Source of the DNA: Sedimenticola sp.
Lineage (GTDB): Bacteria; Pseudomonadota; Gammaproteobacteria; Chromatiales; Chromatiaceae
NCBI GenBank assembly: GCA_002869585.1
Contig: PKUO01000042.1
Location: 1,261 to 65,260, forward strand
Direction: 5' to 3'
Length of the DNA: 64,000 bases
A program made the translations under genes and the position numbers. The stretch's first letter is position 1. Each line of letters opens with the position of its first letter. Below the pieces are notes generated by a model. That model was not told where the DNA came from, made no database searches, and saw nothing but the letters and a program-made list of their open reading frames with translations. Below are positions 39,925 through 49,836 of the stretch, in pieces.

Positions 39925-40635
39925 TTACTCGGCAGGCTGCTTCTCTTCTGCCTTTTTCTCTTCGAACGAGATCAGCTCAAGCTCGAAGATCAGGGTCTCA
40001 TTCGGCCCAATCGAGGCGCCAGCGCCACGTGGGCCATAGCCCAGCTCAGACGGGATAAAGACCTTCCACTTGGCACCGGGCTTCATCAGCTGCAACGCCT
40101 CGCTGAAGCCGGGAATCACACCCGTGACACCGAAAGTCGCCGGCTGGCCGCGCTTATGGGAGCTGTCGAACTCTTTACCGTCCAGCAGGGTGCCACGGTA
40201 GTGGACGGTGACTTCGCTGTTAGGAGTAGGACTCTCACCGGAACCGGCTTCGACAACCTGGTACTGCAGCCCGCTGGGAAGCACCACGACGCCTTCATTC
40301 TTCTTGTTCGCTTCTAGAAATTTGCGTCCCTCTTCGAGGACCATCGAGGCCTTTTCCTGCTTGGCCTTGGCGACCGCCTCGCGGCCGTCCTTCATCGCCT
40401 GCTCCATCTGCTCCTGGGTCAGTTGCGAGGTATTACCCTTGAATACATCATCAATCGCCGCACCAAACGCCGTACCATCGACCTGTACATCCTGTGCCAT
40501 GAACTGCTGGGCATAACGTGCACCCAGAGCGTAGCTGAATTTCTGTTCGGTTGTCTCCAGTTCGACCGCGGCAGCAGAAAGGGAGGCGCCTGCGACAGCC
40601 AGGGCGCAAAGAGTGCGTGCTATTGAAAAAGTCAT
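39925..40635 (-). CDS. fkpA: periplasmic FKBP-type peptidyl-prolyl isomerase (FkpA/Mip-like)
   Basis: Signal peptide, an N-terminal dimerisation helix region and a C-terminal FKBP domain (VTVHYRGTLLDGKEFDSS..LIFELELISF). Confidence 0.85.
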   Translation of the reverse strand: MTFSIARTLCALAVAGASLSAAAVELETTEQKFSYALGARYAQQFMAQDVQVDGTAFGAAIDDVFKGNTSQLTQEQMEQAMKDGREAVAKAKQEKASMVLEEGRKFLEANKKNEGVVVLPSGLQYQVVEAGSGESPTPNSEVTVHYRGTLLDGKEFDSSHKRGQPATFGVTGVIPGFSEALQLMKPGAKWKVFIPSELGYGPRGAGASIGPNETLIFELELISFEEKKAEEKQPAE

Positions 40636-40832
40636 GTAGTTTTCCTTCGGTTTTTGAATTGTCATTAGTGCTTCAAAAGTTTTTTGAACAGTAGCAAGTA
40701 TCTTCAATCATTGCGATTACGAATGGCGTTCGCCAAGTAATTGCAATTTGTCACATTTTTGACGTATCCTGCTTGGATTTCAACCGGATCGGACTATGAT
40801 TTTATCAAGACCATCCAGAACAGAAACTGATT

Positions 40833-41072
40833 ATGGCGATTACACCACTGTCACGCACGGCCCTGCAGGGCATACACCGGGGTATTCTGGGCATACGCCA
40901 GAACGCCGCGGAGATTGCCGGCGCGCAGCAGGCAGAGGGCACCATTCCCTCCAAGGATCTGGTCCGGTCAATGGTTGAACTGCACAGAAACGAGCAGGTT
41001 ACCGCCGCATCCGTCAAAGCATTCAAGACCGCTGATCAACTGATAGGTTCCCTGCTCGATATCAAAGCGTGA
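40833..41072 (+). CDS. hypothetical small protein (79 aa)
   Basis: ATG ORF with no overlapping better ORF. No family recognised. Confidence 0.4.
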   Translation: MAITPLSRTALQGIHRGILGIRQNAAEIAGAQQAEGTIPSKDLVRSMVELHRNEQVTAASVKAFKTADQLIGSLLDIKA

Positions 41073-41096
41073 TCCGGTTCCTGGGGCAGGAACCCG

Positions 41097-41936
41097 CTAG
41101 ACAAAACGCATCGACAGATCGATCGCCCTGACATCCTTGGTCAGCGCACCTACCGAGATATCATTCACCCCGGTTTCGGCGATCGCGCGAATGGTATCCA
41201 GCGAGACATTGCCGGAGGCCTCGAGACGGGCACGGCCATTCGCTGCCTGCACCGCCCCTTCCAGCATATCCAGCGAGAAGTTATCCAGAAGGATGCGTTG
41301 GGCGCCCGCCTGCAGCGCCTCCTGCAACTCCTCGAGCCCCTCCACCTCGACCTCCACCACCATATCCGGCGCGAAACGCAAGGCGGCCTGCAGCGCGGCG
41401 GTTATGGAACCCGCCGCCAGAATGTGATTCTCTTTGATCAGAATGGCATCGTACAGGCCGATACGGTGGTTGTGACAGCCACCACAGGCAACCGCGTATT
41501 TCTGTTGAATGCGCAGACCCGGCAAGGTCTTGCGGGTATCCAGAATTCTGACGCCGGTCCCCTTCACCGCATGGGCATAGCGGCGAGCCAGTGTCGCGGT
41601 GCCAGAGAGGGTCTGCAGGTAGTTCAATGCCGTTCGCTCGGCCGTCAACAACGCGCGGGTTTTACCACTGAACTGGCACAGTACCCGGCCCGGCGAGACC
41701 TGATCGCCATCCAGGGCCGACCAGTTGATATGCACTGCCGCGTCGAGCTGGCGAAATGCCTCGTCAAACCAGGCGGTGCCACACAGCACCGCCTCTTCAC
41801 GACACACCACCTGGACCGTCGAGACATCATCCTCGGGGATCAGCGCTGCCGTCCTGTCACCACTGCCCACATCCTCAGCCAGAGCAATGGCAACCTGCTC
41901 GCTGATCAGCTTGTCGGAGGGTAAATGCGGGGCCAA
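41097..41936 (-). CDS. nadC: nicotinate-nucleotide pyrophosphorylase (carboxylating)
   Basis: 279 aa with ERTALNYLQ.LSG.AT, DTRKT.PG.R and LLDNF motifs. Apparent TTG start. Confidence 0.93.
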   Translation of the reverse strand: MAPHLPSDKLISEQVAIALAEDVGSGDRTAALIPEDDVSTVQVVCREEAVLCGTAWFDEAFRQLDAAVHINWSALDGDQVSPGRVLCQFSGKTRALLTAERTALNYLQTLSGTATLARRYAHAVKGTGVRILDTRKTLPGLRIQQKYAVACGGCHNHRIGLYDAILIKENHILAAGSITAALQAALRFAPDMVVEVEVEGLEELQEALQAGAQRILLDNFSLDMLEGAVQAANGRARLEASGNVSLDTIRAIAETGVNDISVGALTKDVRAIDLSMRFV

Positions 41937-41937
41937 T

Positions 41938-42282
41938 TCAGAGAATCTCCAGCAGTTGAATCTCGAACACCAGGGTGGCGTTGGGCGGGATCACGCCACC
42001 GGCGCCAGCGGCGCCATAGCCCAGCTGCGGGGGAATGGTCAGCTTGCGCGTCCCACCGACCTTCATGCCCTGCACACCCTCGTCCAAGCCGCGGATCACC
42101 CTGCCACCACCGAGAGGAAAGACAAAGGGGTCGTCGCGATCCAGACTGGAGTCGAACTTGCTGCCATCGGTCAACCATCCGCTGTAGTGAACCTTGACTC
42201 GCTGTCCGGCCGCCGCGACCGCGCCATTGCCTTCAACCAGATCTTCATACTTCAAACCGGAGTCTGTCATTCTTTCACTCAT
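41938..42282 (-). CDS. FKBP-type peptidyl-prolyl isomerase (cytoplasmic, ~114 aa)
   Basis: [12 protein letters not shown]...[16 protein letters not shown]...[10 protein letters not shown]. Confidence 0.9.
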   Translation of the reverse strand: MSERMTDSGLKYEDLVEGNGAVAAAGQRVKVHYSGWLTDGSKFDSSLDRDDPFVFPLGGGRVIRGLDEGVQGMKVGGTRKLTIPPQLGYGAAGAGGVIPPNATLVFEIQLLEIL

Positions 42283-42439
42283 GGGAGCCTCTCGTTGTAT
42301 CGGGTTTATTCTCGAATGCGCCATTGTAAGGCAAGCCACTCCCCGGATGCCACGACTGGTTGCACAGCCACCCAGCAGCAGACCAAAAAAAGCCCTTGAC
42401 GGTGCAAGGGCTTGTCGATGTCGAGATACAGTATGGTGA

Positions 42440-44758
42440 TCAGGCGCTTGGACTTGCCTCGCCGCTGGTCTTGCGCAGGGCGCTTACCATGGCATCCAGC
42501 GCCCGGTCCATGAGCGGCTTATCCACCTCACCGAGGATAGTGGCCTTGCCTTCGCGTAACAGCATGGCCAGACCATCCGGGGTAAACTCAGCAACCTTCA
42601 GTCCCTTGCGATTGACAAACAGGCAGGCGCCGGTGACATTGCTGCGCCATGAGAGCTTGGCGCGGTACTTCTCGCCATCCTCCTGGGTCATCTCCAGCCA
42701 ACTGCCAGATTTAAGGGTCCGGGCCTGTTCGTCATAGGCGTCAGCCACTTTCGGGGTCTCTTCTTCGGTAGGCTCCACCGATTCAAGCACGATCTCTTCA
42801 CCCACCAATTGGCTTTTCCCGGAAGCAGGCTCACCCTCTTCTGCAGAGCTGGTCGATGCGGATTTATTCACGGAGGTCGGCGGTGTAACTGGATCAGTGC
42901 CGATTATAGGTGCGGTTTCCGCAGAAACGCCGCGCAGACACCTGACATGATAGGTCTGTAACTCTTTAAACAGACTGGTCAGCTGATGCTGGTTGTAGGA
43001 GATATTGTTCAATCCCTGGCGCAACCCCTTGAGCAGGCTCGGTATCAGTTTCAGCAGCTTCTGACGATCGGCGTAATCCGCTTTAGGCTCGACACTCCAG
43101 ATCAGATCATCGGCCAGCAACAAGGCATTTTTCCACTCAGGCGAGTCGGTGCCGCTCTTCAGGGAGACCAGCAACATCACATCCTTCCAACCCTCACGCA
43201 GAAACCCCCTGACCACTTCCGGAATCTGCCGATGCTGCGCGAGACGTTGATTGATCTCATCAAACACCATCTGCTTGGCCTGGTTTAACTGCTCCTTGCC
43301 CTGGGTGACCTGGGTCGCCCGGTTTTCAGCAATCTTTGCGCTCTTCTTTTCGGTCTCCAGAAAGGCACTGAATTGGTCATTGAGCTCTTCAAACAGGCTC
43401 AGGTCGCTTTCGAATTCATCGACTATGCGACGCACGATTTTGCTGACCCGGTCAAACACACCATCTTCCTCACGGCCATTCGCCTCGGTCCAGCCGACTG
43501 CGGCCTGGGCCAGATTGTTCAGCAGACGGCGCGCCGGATGGCCCTTGTTGCTAAAGAAGCGCTTATCGAGAATCGCCACTTTGAGCATGGGTATCTGCAG
43601 GCAGGCGAGCTGCGCCTTCATGGCCTCATGCAGATTCCGGTCTTCGAGGATAAATTCAAACAGCATGGAGATGACATCGATGGCGTCCTCATCCACCTGG
43701 TCGATACGATGTTTGTCATCCTTGGACTCGACAGCCTTGAGAGTGGTCTCCAGCCCGGTGCGGATGTCATACAGGGTCGCTCCGCTCCTGATGGTCTGAT
43801 CCAGAGGCTGGGTGTGCTGCAGGGAGGTCAGGGCATTGAGAACCTGAGCCGCCTCGAAAACCGGGACTGAAACCGACTGACGCTGAGCCCCGGCCGGCTG
43901 GCCACGACGCATATTCAGCAGATTCTGCAGGGTCGAAAACAATTCCGCCTGCACATCAGCATCGGTAATCGGCAGATTGGTGGGATCATAGTCCGGCTGT
44001 TGTGCGTCTGGCTGATAGTTCGAAGAGGCGCCACGCATCGCCGGTGACACCGGATTGCGTTTCGCGTGCCGGTGCAGTTTGGGTACGATTCCGGCATTGC
44101 CGAGCAGGTCATTCATCTGGTCATACATGCCCCCCAGATAGGCGATGACCTCTTGCTCGAACTGTTTGTAGATCACCAGCTTGACCGGCAGATCGATATC
44201 CGTGTTGCTGATTGCATCCTTGAAGCTGTAGGCGATCGCCGTGGGGGAAACCGGGTTGGAGCCATCCTCGACCTTGGCGCCATTGAGCATGTGACTGAAA
44301 CGCTGATCCAGTGCGTAGAGTTCACGGAAAAACAGGCTTTCGCCCTTGGCGATCATGTTATTGATCGCGAGAGACTCCTCCAGATCCTCATTGTCTATCA
44401 GGGAGAAGTCATCTTCCGTGAGAGAGAACACCGGCTCTTCGGTCAGATTCATGCCGGGCCCTTCGCGCCAGAACTGCTCATAACGCTTGATGATGCCGGT
44501 GTTGAAACTGTTCTCGATACTCTCGCGCGCTATACGCAGCTCGCGCATGGCATCGAAGTAGGAAGTCTGCTGGCTGTTGTTGGTGGCTTTGTCCGCCATG
44601 CGATAGAGGGTGTCATCCATTTTTTCAAACAGATACTCCACCACCTTGGGCAGATTTTTCAGCAAAACCTGTCGACATGCCTGGACAGCGTTCTTGTACT
44701 CATCCTTGAGTTCAACTGATTTAGCGCTTCCAAACGAGATGATATTGTTTAATGCCAT
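42440..44758 (-). CDS. DUF1631-family protein (772 aa)
   Basis: The N-terminal region ([33 protein letters not shown]) resembles DUF1631 proteins of gammaproteobacteria. Confidence 0.65.
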   Translation of the reverse strand: MALNNIISFGSAKSVELKDEYKNAVQACRQVLLKNLPKVVEYLFEKMDDTLYRMADKATNNSQQTSYFDAMRELRIARESIENSFNTGIIKRYEQFWREGPGMNLTEEPVFSLTEDDFSLIDNEDLEESLAINNMIAKGESLFFRELYALDQRFSHMLNGAKVEDGSNPVSPTAIAYSFKDAISNTDIDLPVKLVIYKQFEQEVIAYLGGMYDQMNDLLGNAGIVPKLHRHAKRNPVSPAMRGASSNYQPDAQQPDYDPTNLPITDADVQAELFSTLQNLLNMRRGQPAGAQRQSVSVPVFEAAQVLNALTSLQHTQPLDQTIRSGATLYDIRTGLETTLKAVESKDDKHRIDQVDEDAIDVISMLFEFILEDRNLHEAMKAQLACLQIPMLKVAILDKRFFSNKGHPARRLLNNLAQAAVGWTEANGREEDGVFDRVSKIVRRIVDEFESDLSLFEELNDQFSAFLETEKKSAKIAENRATQVTQGKEQLNQAKQMVFDEINQRLAQHRQIPEVVRGFLREGWKDVMLLVSLKSGTDSPEWKNALLLADDLIWSVEPKADYADRQKLLKLIPSLLKGLRQGLNNISYNQHQLTSLFKELQTYHVRCLRGVSAETAPIIGTDPVTPPTSVNKSASTSSAEEGEPASGKSQLVGEEIVLESVEPTEEETPKVADAYDEQARTLKSGSWLEMTQEDGEKYRAKLSWRSNVTGACLFVNRKGLKVAEFTPDGLAMLLREGKATILGEVDKPLMDRALDAMVSALRKTSGEASPSA

Positions 44759-45024
44759 CGTCCTGTATCGCCTTACAATTAAACTGGAGCGCTCCGGAGT
44801 GGATTGCCCACGACTTACAATCTAGTGACATAACCCGCCAATCGTTGTGATTACATTCACAAATCGCTGAAAGTCGAATTTTTGACAACCAGAAACGTGA
44901 CCTGGTTCGTAAAGAGATAGATAATAACGCGCCAAATTACAAGAGCTAAGGAATTTTATTCGTTTTTTCGACCTATCTTATTCTCTGATTAACAACAAAC
45001 CGGTGCTCGTGTATCTTCCCTAGT

Positions 45025-45759
45025 ATGTATCAGTTAATCAGACACCTCTGGGGTTCATTAAAAGAGAGCATACGCGATCTTACACCGATTATCATCGTTA
45101 TCGCCTTTTTTCAGCTGGTCGTCCTGCAGCAGCCGATACCCGATCTGCTCGGCCTGGTGACGGGTACCGTGCTGGTGGTGGTCGGGCTGACCCTGTTTGT
45201 GCATGGATTGAAAATCGGGCTGTTTCCAATCGGTGAATCCATGGCCCATGATTTTGCCCGCAAAGGCAGTGTCTTCTGGCTGCTGACCTTTGCCTTTGCC
45301 CTGGGCTTCGGCACCACGGTGGCAGAGCCCGCGCTGATTGCCATCGCCAAGGAGGCGGCCAATATCGCCGCCACCGGCGGGATGATCGAGCAGAGCGACA
45401 GGGCAAGAAACGACTATGCAGACGGACTGCGCCTCACCGTGGCGCTCTCTGTAGGGGCGGCAATCGTGCTCGGGGTGCTGCGCATCATCAAGGGCTGGCC
45501 GGTGCAGTATCTGATCCTCGGCGGCTATATCGGGGTGGTGATCATGACCATGTTCGCCCCGCCCGAAATCATAGGCATTGCCTATGTCTCCGGCGGCGTG
45601 ACCACCTCGACCATCACCGTACCCCTGGTCACCGCCCTGGGCGTGGGCCTGGCCACCAGTATTCGCGGGCGCAACCCGATGACCGATGGCTTTGGCTTGA
45701 TTGCCTTTGCCTCGCTGACTCCGATGATTTTTGTCATGGGCTATGGAATGCTGTTGTGA
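45025..45759 (+). CDS. DUF1538-family integral membrane protein (paralogue A)
   Basis: Polytopic. Shares [10 protein letters not shown] and [17 protein letters not shown]....[15 protein letters not shown] blocks with the next gene. Confidence 0.75.
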   Translation: MYQLIRHLWGSLKESIRDLTPIIIVIAFFQLVVLQQPIPDLLGLVTGTVLVVVGLTLFVHGLKIGLFPIGESMAHDFARKGSVFWLLTFAFALGFGTTVAEPALIAIAKEAANIAATGGMIEQSDRARNDYADGLRLTVALSVGAAIVLGVLRIIKGWPVQYLILGGYIGVVIMTMFAPPEIIGIAYVSGGVTTSTITVPLVTALGVGLATSIRGRNPMTDGFGLIAFASLTPMIFVMGYGMLL

Positions 45760-46556
45760 TGGGTGGAATTACCAGCTTTCTGCAAACACTGCTTTCCACC
45801 GTTCAGGATGTGCTGCCGATCGCCACCATCCTGTTCGGCTTTCAGTTCATCGTACTGCGCAAAGGCATCAAAAACCCCGGACAGATTCTGCTGGGATTTG
45901 TTCTGGTCCTGTTCGGCCTGGCCTTTTTCCTGCAAGGACTGGAACAGGCGCTCTTCCCGCTGGGAAAACTGATGGCGGAACAGCTCACCGCGCCGGAATT
46001 TCTCGGCATCAGCGAAACGGCAAACACAGCCGGCGAAAACTGGCACCACTACCTCTGGGTCTACCTGTTCGCCTTCACAATCGGCTTTTCCACCACCATT
46101 GCCGAGCCTTCGCTGATCGCAGTGGCGATCAAGGCCAACCAGGTCTCCGGTGGCGCGGTCGGCATCTGGGGGCTGCGCATTGCCGTGGCGATTGGCGTGG
46201 CCTTCGGCATCGCACTGGGCGCCTACCGGATCGTCAGCGGCACCCCTCTGCATTACTACATCATCTCCGGTTACATCGTGGTGATCATTCAGACACTCTA
46301 CTGCCCGAAACAGATCATAGCCCTGGCCTATGACTCGGGAGGCGTCACCACCTCGACAGTCACGGTCCCGCTGGTTGCCGCCCTGGGACTCGGCCTGTCC
46401 AGTAATATTCCCGGTCGAAATCCGCTGCTGGACGGATTTGGCCTGATTGCCTTTGCCAGCCTTTTTCCTATCATGAGCGTCATGGGCTATGCGCAACTCA
46501 GTGAGTGGTTCGCCAAGAGACACTCCCACAAGCAAGCCCACCGGCCTGGAGAATAA
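45756..46556 (+). CDS. DUF1538-family integral membrane protein (paralogue B)
   Basis: Overlaps the previous gene by 4 nt and has the same conserved blocks ([10 protein letters not shown]; [21 protein letters not shown]). Confidence 0.75.
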   Translation: MMGGITSFLQTLLSTVQDVLPIATILFGFQFIVLRKGIKNPGQILLGFVLVLFGLAFFLQGLEQALFPLGKLMAEQLTAPEFLGISETANTAGENWHHYLWVYLFAFTIGFSTTIAEPSLIAVAIKANQVSGGAVGIWGLRIAVAIGVAFGIALGAYRIVSGTPLHYYIISGYIVVIIQTLYCPKQIIALAYDSGGVTTSTVTVPLVAALGLGLSSNIPGRNPLLDGFGLIAFASLFPIMSVMGYAQLSEWFAKRHSHKQAHRPGE

Positions 46557-46558
46557 AC

Positions 46559-46909
46559 ATGCACTTCAAACTGATTATTGCACTCATCGAAGATAGTAAG
46601 ACCAATGCAATCGTCGATGCCGCCCGCCAGGCCGGCGCCACGGGCTCCACGGTGATCAACCAGGCACGTGGCGAGGGGGTGAGCAAGAGCAAGACCTTTT
46701 TCGGCCTCAACCTGGAGGTCCAGAGAGATATGATTCTGATGCTGGTCGAAGAGCACCTCAGCCGCTCGATCCTGGAGACCATCGCCCGGGTGGGCGAGTT
46801 CGAGGAGAAACCCGGAACCGGCATTGCCTTTCAAATCGATGTCGAGGACGCCATCGGTGTCACTCACCAGATCCAGGAACTGACCCGCGTTGTCGAGGAG
46901 GAGCTGTGA
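46559..46909 (+). CDS. PII-like signal-transduction protein
   Basis: 116 aa. MHFKLIIALIEDSK...AGATGSTVINQARGEG fits the PII beta-alpha-beta pattern. Starts 3 nt after the DUF1538 B stop. Confidence 0.7.
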   Translation: MHFKLIIALIEDSKTNAIVDAARQAGATGSTVINQARGEGVSKSKTFFGLNLEVQRDMILMLVEEHLSRSILETIARVGEFEEKPGTGIAFQIDVEDAIGVTHQIQELTRVVEEEL

Positions 46910-47307
46910 ACGCTGGCACAATCATACGTGTTCGGGATGTTATGAAATCAAATTTTGACACCGTGGACGGCATGGACACAGTCGCTACCGCGCTGGATAA
47001 AATGGCCCATGTGGAAACCAAGTCACTGGTGGTCAGAAGGCGCGATGAGAAAGACGAATACGGCATCGTCATGCTCTCCGACATTGCCCGCAAGGTACTG
47101 GCCAAGGACCGACCGCCAGAACGGGTCAACATCTACGAGATCATGACCAAACCGGTGATATCCGTGGATCCCGAGATGGACATCCGTTACTGCGCGAGAC
47201 TCTTTTCTCGCCTCGACCTGTCACGGGCACCGGTGATCAAAAACCGCGAAATCGTCGGTATCGTCAGCTTCACCGACATGGTTATCAAGGGGCTGCGCAG
47301 CAAGTGA
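46906..47307 (+). CDS. CBS-pair domain protein
   Basis: Two CBS motifs (VRDVMKSNFDTV..; IYEIMTKPVISV..GIVSFTDMV). The GTG start overlaps the PII stop. Confidence 0.8.
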   Translation: MNAGTIIRVRDVMKSNFDTVDGMDTVATALDKMAHVETKSLVVRRRDEKDEYGIVMLSDIARKVLAKDRPPERVNIYEIMTKPVISVDPEMDIRYCARLFSRLDLSRAPVIKNREIVGIVSFTDMVIKGLRSK

Positions 47308-47867
47308 TCATCGACCCCCAGGGGATGCTCCCGGCGGCGCGCCAGTGCCCCTCGCCGAACCGCGATCTGCGGCCCGCAGGCTGTGACCCGGAACTGCTGA
47401 TCATCCACAACATCAGCCTCCCCCCCAACCAGTACGGTGGCCCCTGGATCGATCAGCTGTTTCTCAACTGCCTCGAAGCCGATCAGCACCCCTATTTTCA
47501 GGAGATCTGCCACCTGCAGGTCTCCTCGCACATTCTGATCCGGCGCGACGGGGAAATCGTGCAGTACGTGCCACTGGGCGAGCGCGCCTGGCACGCCGGA
47601 CAATCGGAATTTGAGGGACGCCCCCAGTGCAACGACTTCTCCATTGGCATTGAACTCGAGGGGTCGGATGATATCCCCTATACTGACAGTCAGTATCAAC
47701 GGCTGACTGAGGTTGCTGCGGCGATAATAGAGCGCTTTCCCGGGATCAGCGCGAAACGCATTACCGGCCACAGCGATGTGGCGCCTGGGCGAAAAACCGA
47801 TCCCGGACCGGCTTTTGACTGGGACAAATTCCACAAGCTATTGGCAGAGCGGTCGGCAGACCGATAA
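47304..47867 (+). CDS. ampD: 1,6-anhydro-N-acetylmuramyl-L-alanine amidase
   Basis: SPN...RP......LLIIHNISLPP, AWHAG.S and GHSDVAPGRKTDPGP.FDW motifs. Confidence 0.88.
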   Translation: MIIDPQGMLPAARQCPSPNRDLRPAGCDPELLIIHNISLPPNQYGGPWIDQLFLNCLEADQHPYFQEICHLQVSSHILIRRDGEIVQYVPLGERAWHAGQSEFEGRPQCNDFSIGIELEGSDDIPYTDSQYQRLTEVAAAIIERFPGISAKRITGHSDVAPGRKTDPGPAFDWDKFHKLLAERSADR

Positions 47868-47902
47868 AATCCATTTATTAAAGCAACCAACAGGCAATTC
47901 GC

Positions 47903-48757
47903 ATGGCCTTTTTATCCATAGTCATCAGTCTGCTCATCGACCGTTTCTTTCTTGAAAGCGACAGCTACCGCCAGCATCACTGGTTCAAGGACTACGCTGG
48001 TTGGGTGGCAAGGCGCACGTTTGCCGAGAACACCTATAGCCGCAACCTGGGGCTGCTGCTGATCCTGGCCCCCCTGCTGCTGATCGTCGCCTGGCTGCAG
48101 ACAAAGTTTGATTCGGGCCTGCTCGGCCTGGCATTCAACAGTGGCATGCTGTTGCTCTGCCTGGGGCCCATGGATCTGGATCGCCAGGTCAATGCCTTTC
48201 TAGATGCCGATGACAAACAGCAGGTGGAGCAAGGCCACTCCCTGGCCGGTGAGATCATCCATGGCCCGGTACCGGAAGATGAGACCCAGCTCAGCCGGGT
48301 GCTGGCGGAAAGCATCTTCATCCAGGCCTGCAGCCGTATCTTCGGTGTGCTGTTCTGGTTCCTCCTGCTCGGTCCGATGGGAGCGGTACTCTTCCGTCTC
48401 ACCCAGCAGTTGCTGAAACAGACAGACGATGTCGGCGCCATCCAGCATCTGCTGAACATTCTCAACTGGATACCCGCCCGCCTCAGCGCCCTGGCCTACG
48501 GCATCGGCGGCAGCTTCGACGATGCCCTGCATGGCTGGCGTCAGCACTACACCCTGATCAACCAGTATCCAGGTGACAGCAGCGCACCGATTCTTGCTGG
48601 CGCCGGGATGGGGGCGTTGAAACTGAACGAGAGCGATGACGGCGAGCTCCCCTCCCCGGCAATCGCCGCCGAATCGGCGCTCAACCTGGTCTGGCGGGCC
48701 AGCCTGATCTGGGTCGGTCTGCTCGGCTTCGCCTATCTGATCAACTGGATCAGCTGA
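47903..48757 (+). CDS. ampE: AmpE-like membrane protein
   Basis: Membrane protein directly after ampD. Its N-terminus resembles AmpE (..LLIDRFF..). Confidence 0.65.
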   Translation: MAFLSIVISLLIDRFFLESDSYRQHHWFKDYAGWVARRTFAENTYSRNLGLLLILAPLLLIVAWLQTKFDSGLLGLAFNSGMLLLCLGPMDLDRQVNAFLDADDKQQVEQGHSLAGEIIHGPVPEDETQLSRVLAESIFIQACSRIFGVLFWFLLLGPMGAVLFRLTQQLLKQTDDVGAIQHLLNILNWIPARLSALAYGIGGSFDDALHGWRQHYTLINQYPGDSSAPILAGAGMGALKLNESDDGELPSPAIAAESALNLVWRASLIWVGLLGFAYLINWIS

Positions 48758-49356
48758 TGACAGACAGCACCCTGATCGATCTGCTGCGTCACGGCACGCC
48801 AGAGGGAGGACGTCGCTACCGGGGACGGCAGGATGACCCACTGAGCGAAGAGGGCTGGCAGCAGATGTGGCACGCCGCATCCGGAGAAACGCCCTGGTCG
48901 CAGGTGATCAGCTCGCCATTATCACGCTGCCGAGCCTTTTCCGAACAGTTGGCCGACAAACTGTCACTACCGCTGACCATCGACGTTCGCTTTCAGGAAC
49001 TCGGTTATGGCGTTTGGGAGGGGAAATCCGCCGATCAGCTCAAGGCGGATGATCCGGACATTCTGAAACGCTTCTTCTATGATCCGCACACTCACCGGCC
49101 ACCCGACGCTGAGCCTGTGGTCGATTTCATGCAGCGCGTGGGAGAGGCCTACAGCGAGGCGGTGGCAAACCACGCTGGCCAGCATATACTGATCGTCGCC
49201 CATGCCTGTGTGATCCGCGCGATCATCGCCAAAGTGCTGAACGCGCCGCCCGAGGCGGTGTTTCGCATGCATGTGGAGACCGCGCACCTGAGTCGGATCA
49301 GGGAGAGCAGCGAGCGGCCGCCGACCCTGATGTTTCACGGCCAGGCGCGGCTCTAA
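48757..49356 (+). CDS. histidine phosphatase family protein (CobC/GpmB-like)
   Basis: RHG motif (LIDLLRHGTPEGG) and a later H (IVAHACVIR). Confidence 0.8.
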   Translation: MTDSTLIDLLRHGTPEGGRRYRGRQDDPLSEEGWQQMWHAASGETPWSQVISSPLSRCRAFSEQLADKLSLPLTIDVRFQELGYGVWEGKSADQLKADDPDILKRFFYDPHTHRPPDAEPVVDFMQRVGEAYSEAVANHAGQHILIVAHACVIRAIIAKVLNAPPEAVFRMHVETAHLSRIRESSERPPTLMFHGQARL

Positions 49357-49821
49357 CTAGGCATCCTGCCGATGAAACAGCATATCCAGCAGCATCAGCG
49401 CCACGCCGACCGAAATCGCTGAATCGGCCAGATTGAACGCGGGCCAGTGCCAGCCGGCGTAGTAGAAATCGAGAAAATCGATCACATGGCCGAACAACAG
49501 CCGATCGATCAGGTTGCCTATCGCACCGCCGATGATCAGCGCGAAGGCGATCGCCACCCATTTCTCATGCCGTTGCAGCTTACTGAGCCAGACCACCAGC
49601 AGCAGACTGACGCCCGCCGCAAGCGTGGCAAACAACCAGCGCTGCCAGCCACCCTGGTCACTGAGAAAGCTGAACGCCGCGCCCTCGTTATAGGCCAGGG
49701 TCAGATTGAAGTACGGCATAATCGGAATCGTCTCGTACACCAGCAGGCTGGACTCGACCAGCTGTTTACTGACCTGATCCAATCCTACAACCAGCACGGA
49801 TAGCCATAACCAGTTCAACAT
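49357..49821 (-). CDS. lspA: lipoprotein signal peptidase II
   Basis: 154 aa with four TM helices and motifs NEGAAFSFL and GGAIGNLIDR. Downstream of ileS, as in many bacteria. Confidence 0.92.
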   Translation of the reverse strand: MLNWLWLSVLVVGLDQVSKQLVESSLLVYETIPIMPYFNLTLAYNEGAAFSFLSDQGGWQRWLFATLAAGVSLLLVVWLSKLQRHEKWVAIAFALIIGGAIGNLIDRLLFGHVIDFLDFYYAGWHWPAFNLADSAISVGVALMLLDMLFHRQDA

Positions 49822-49836
49822 AGCCCTGTTTCCTTA

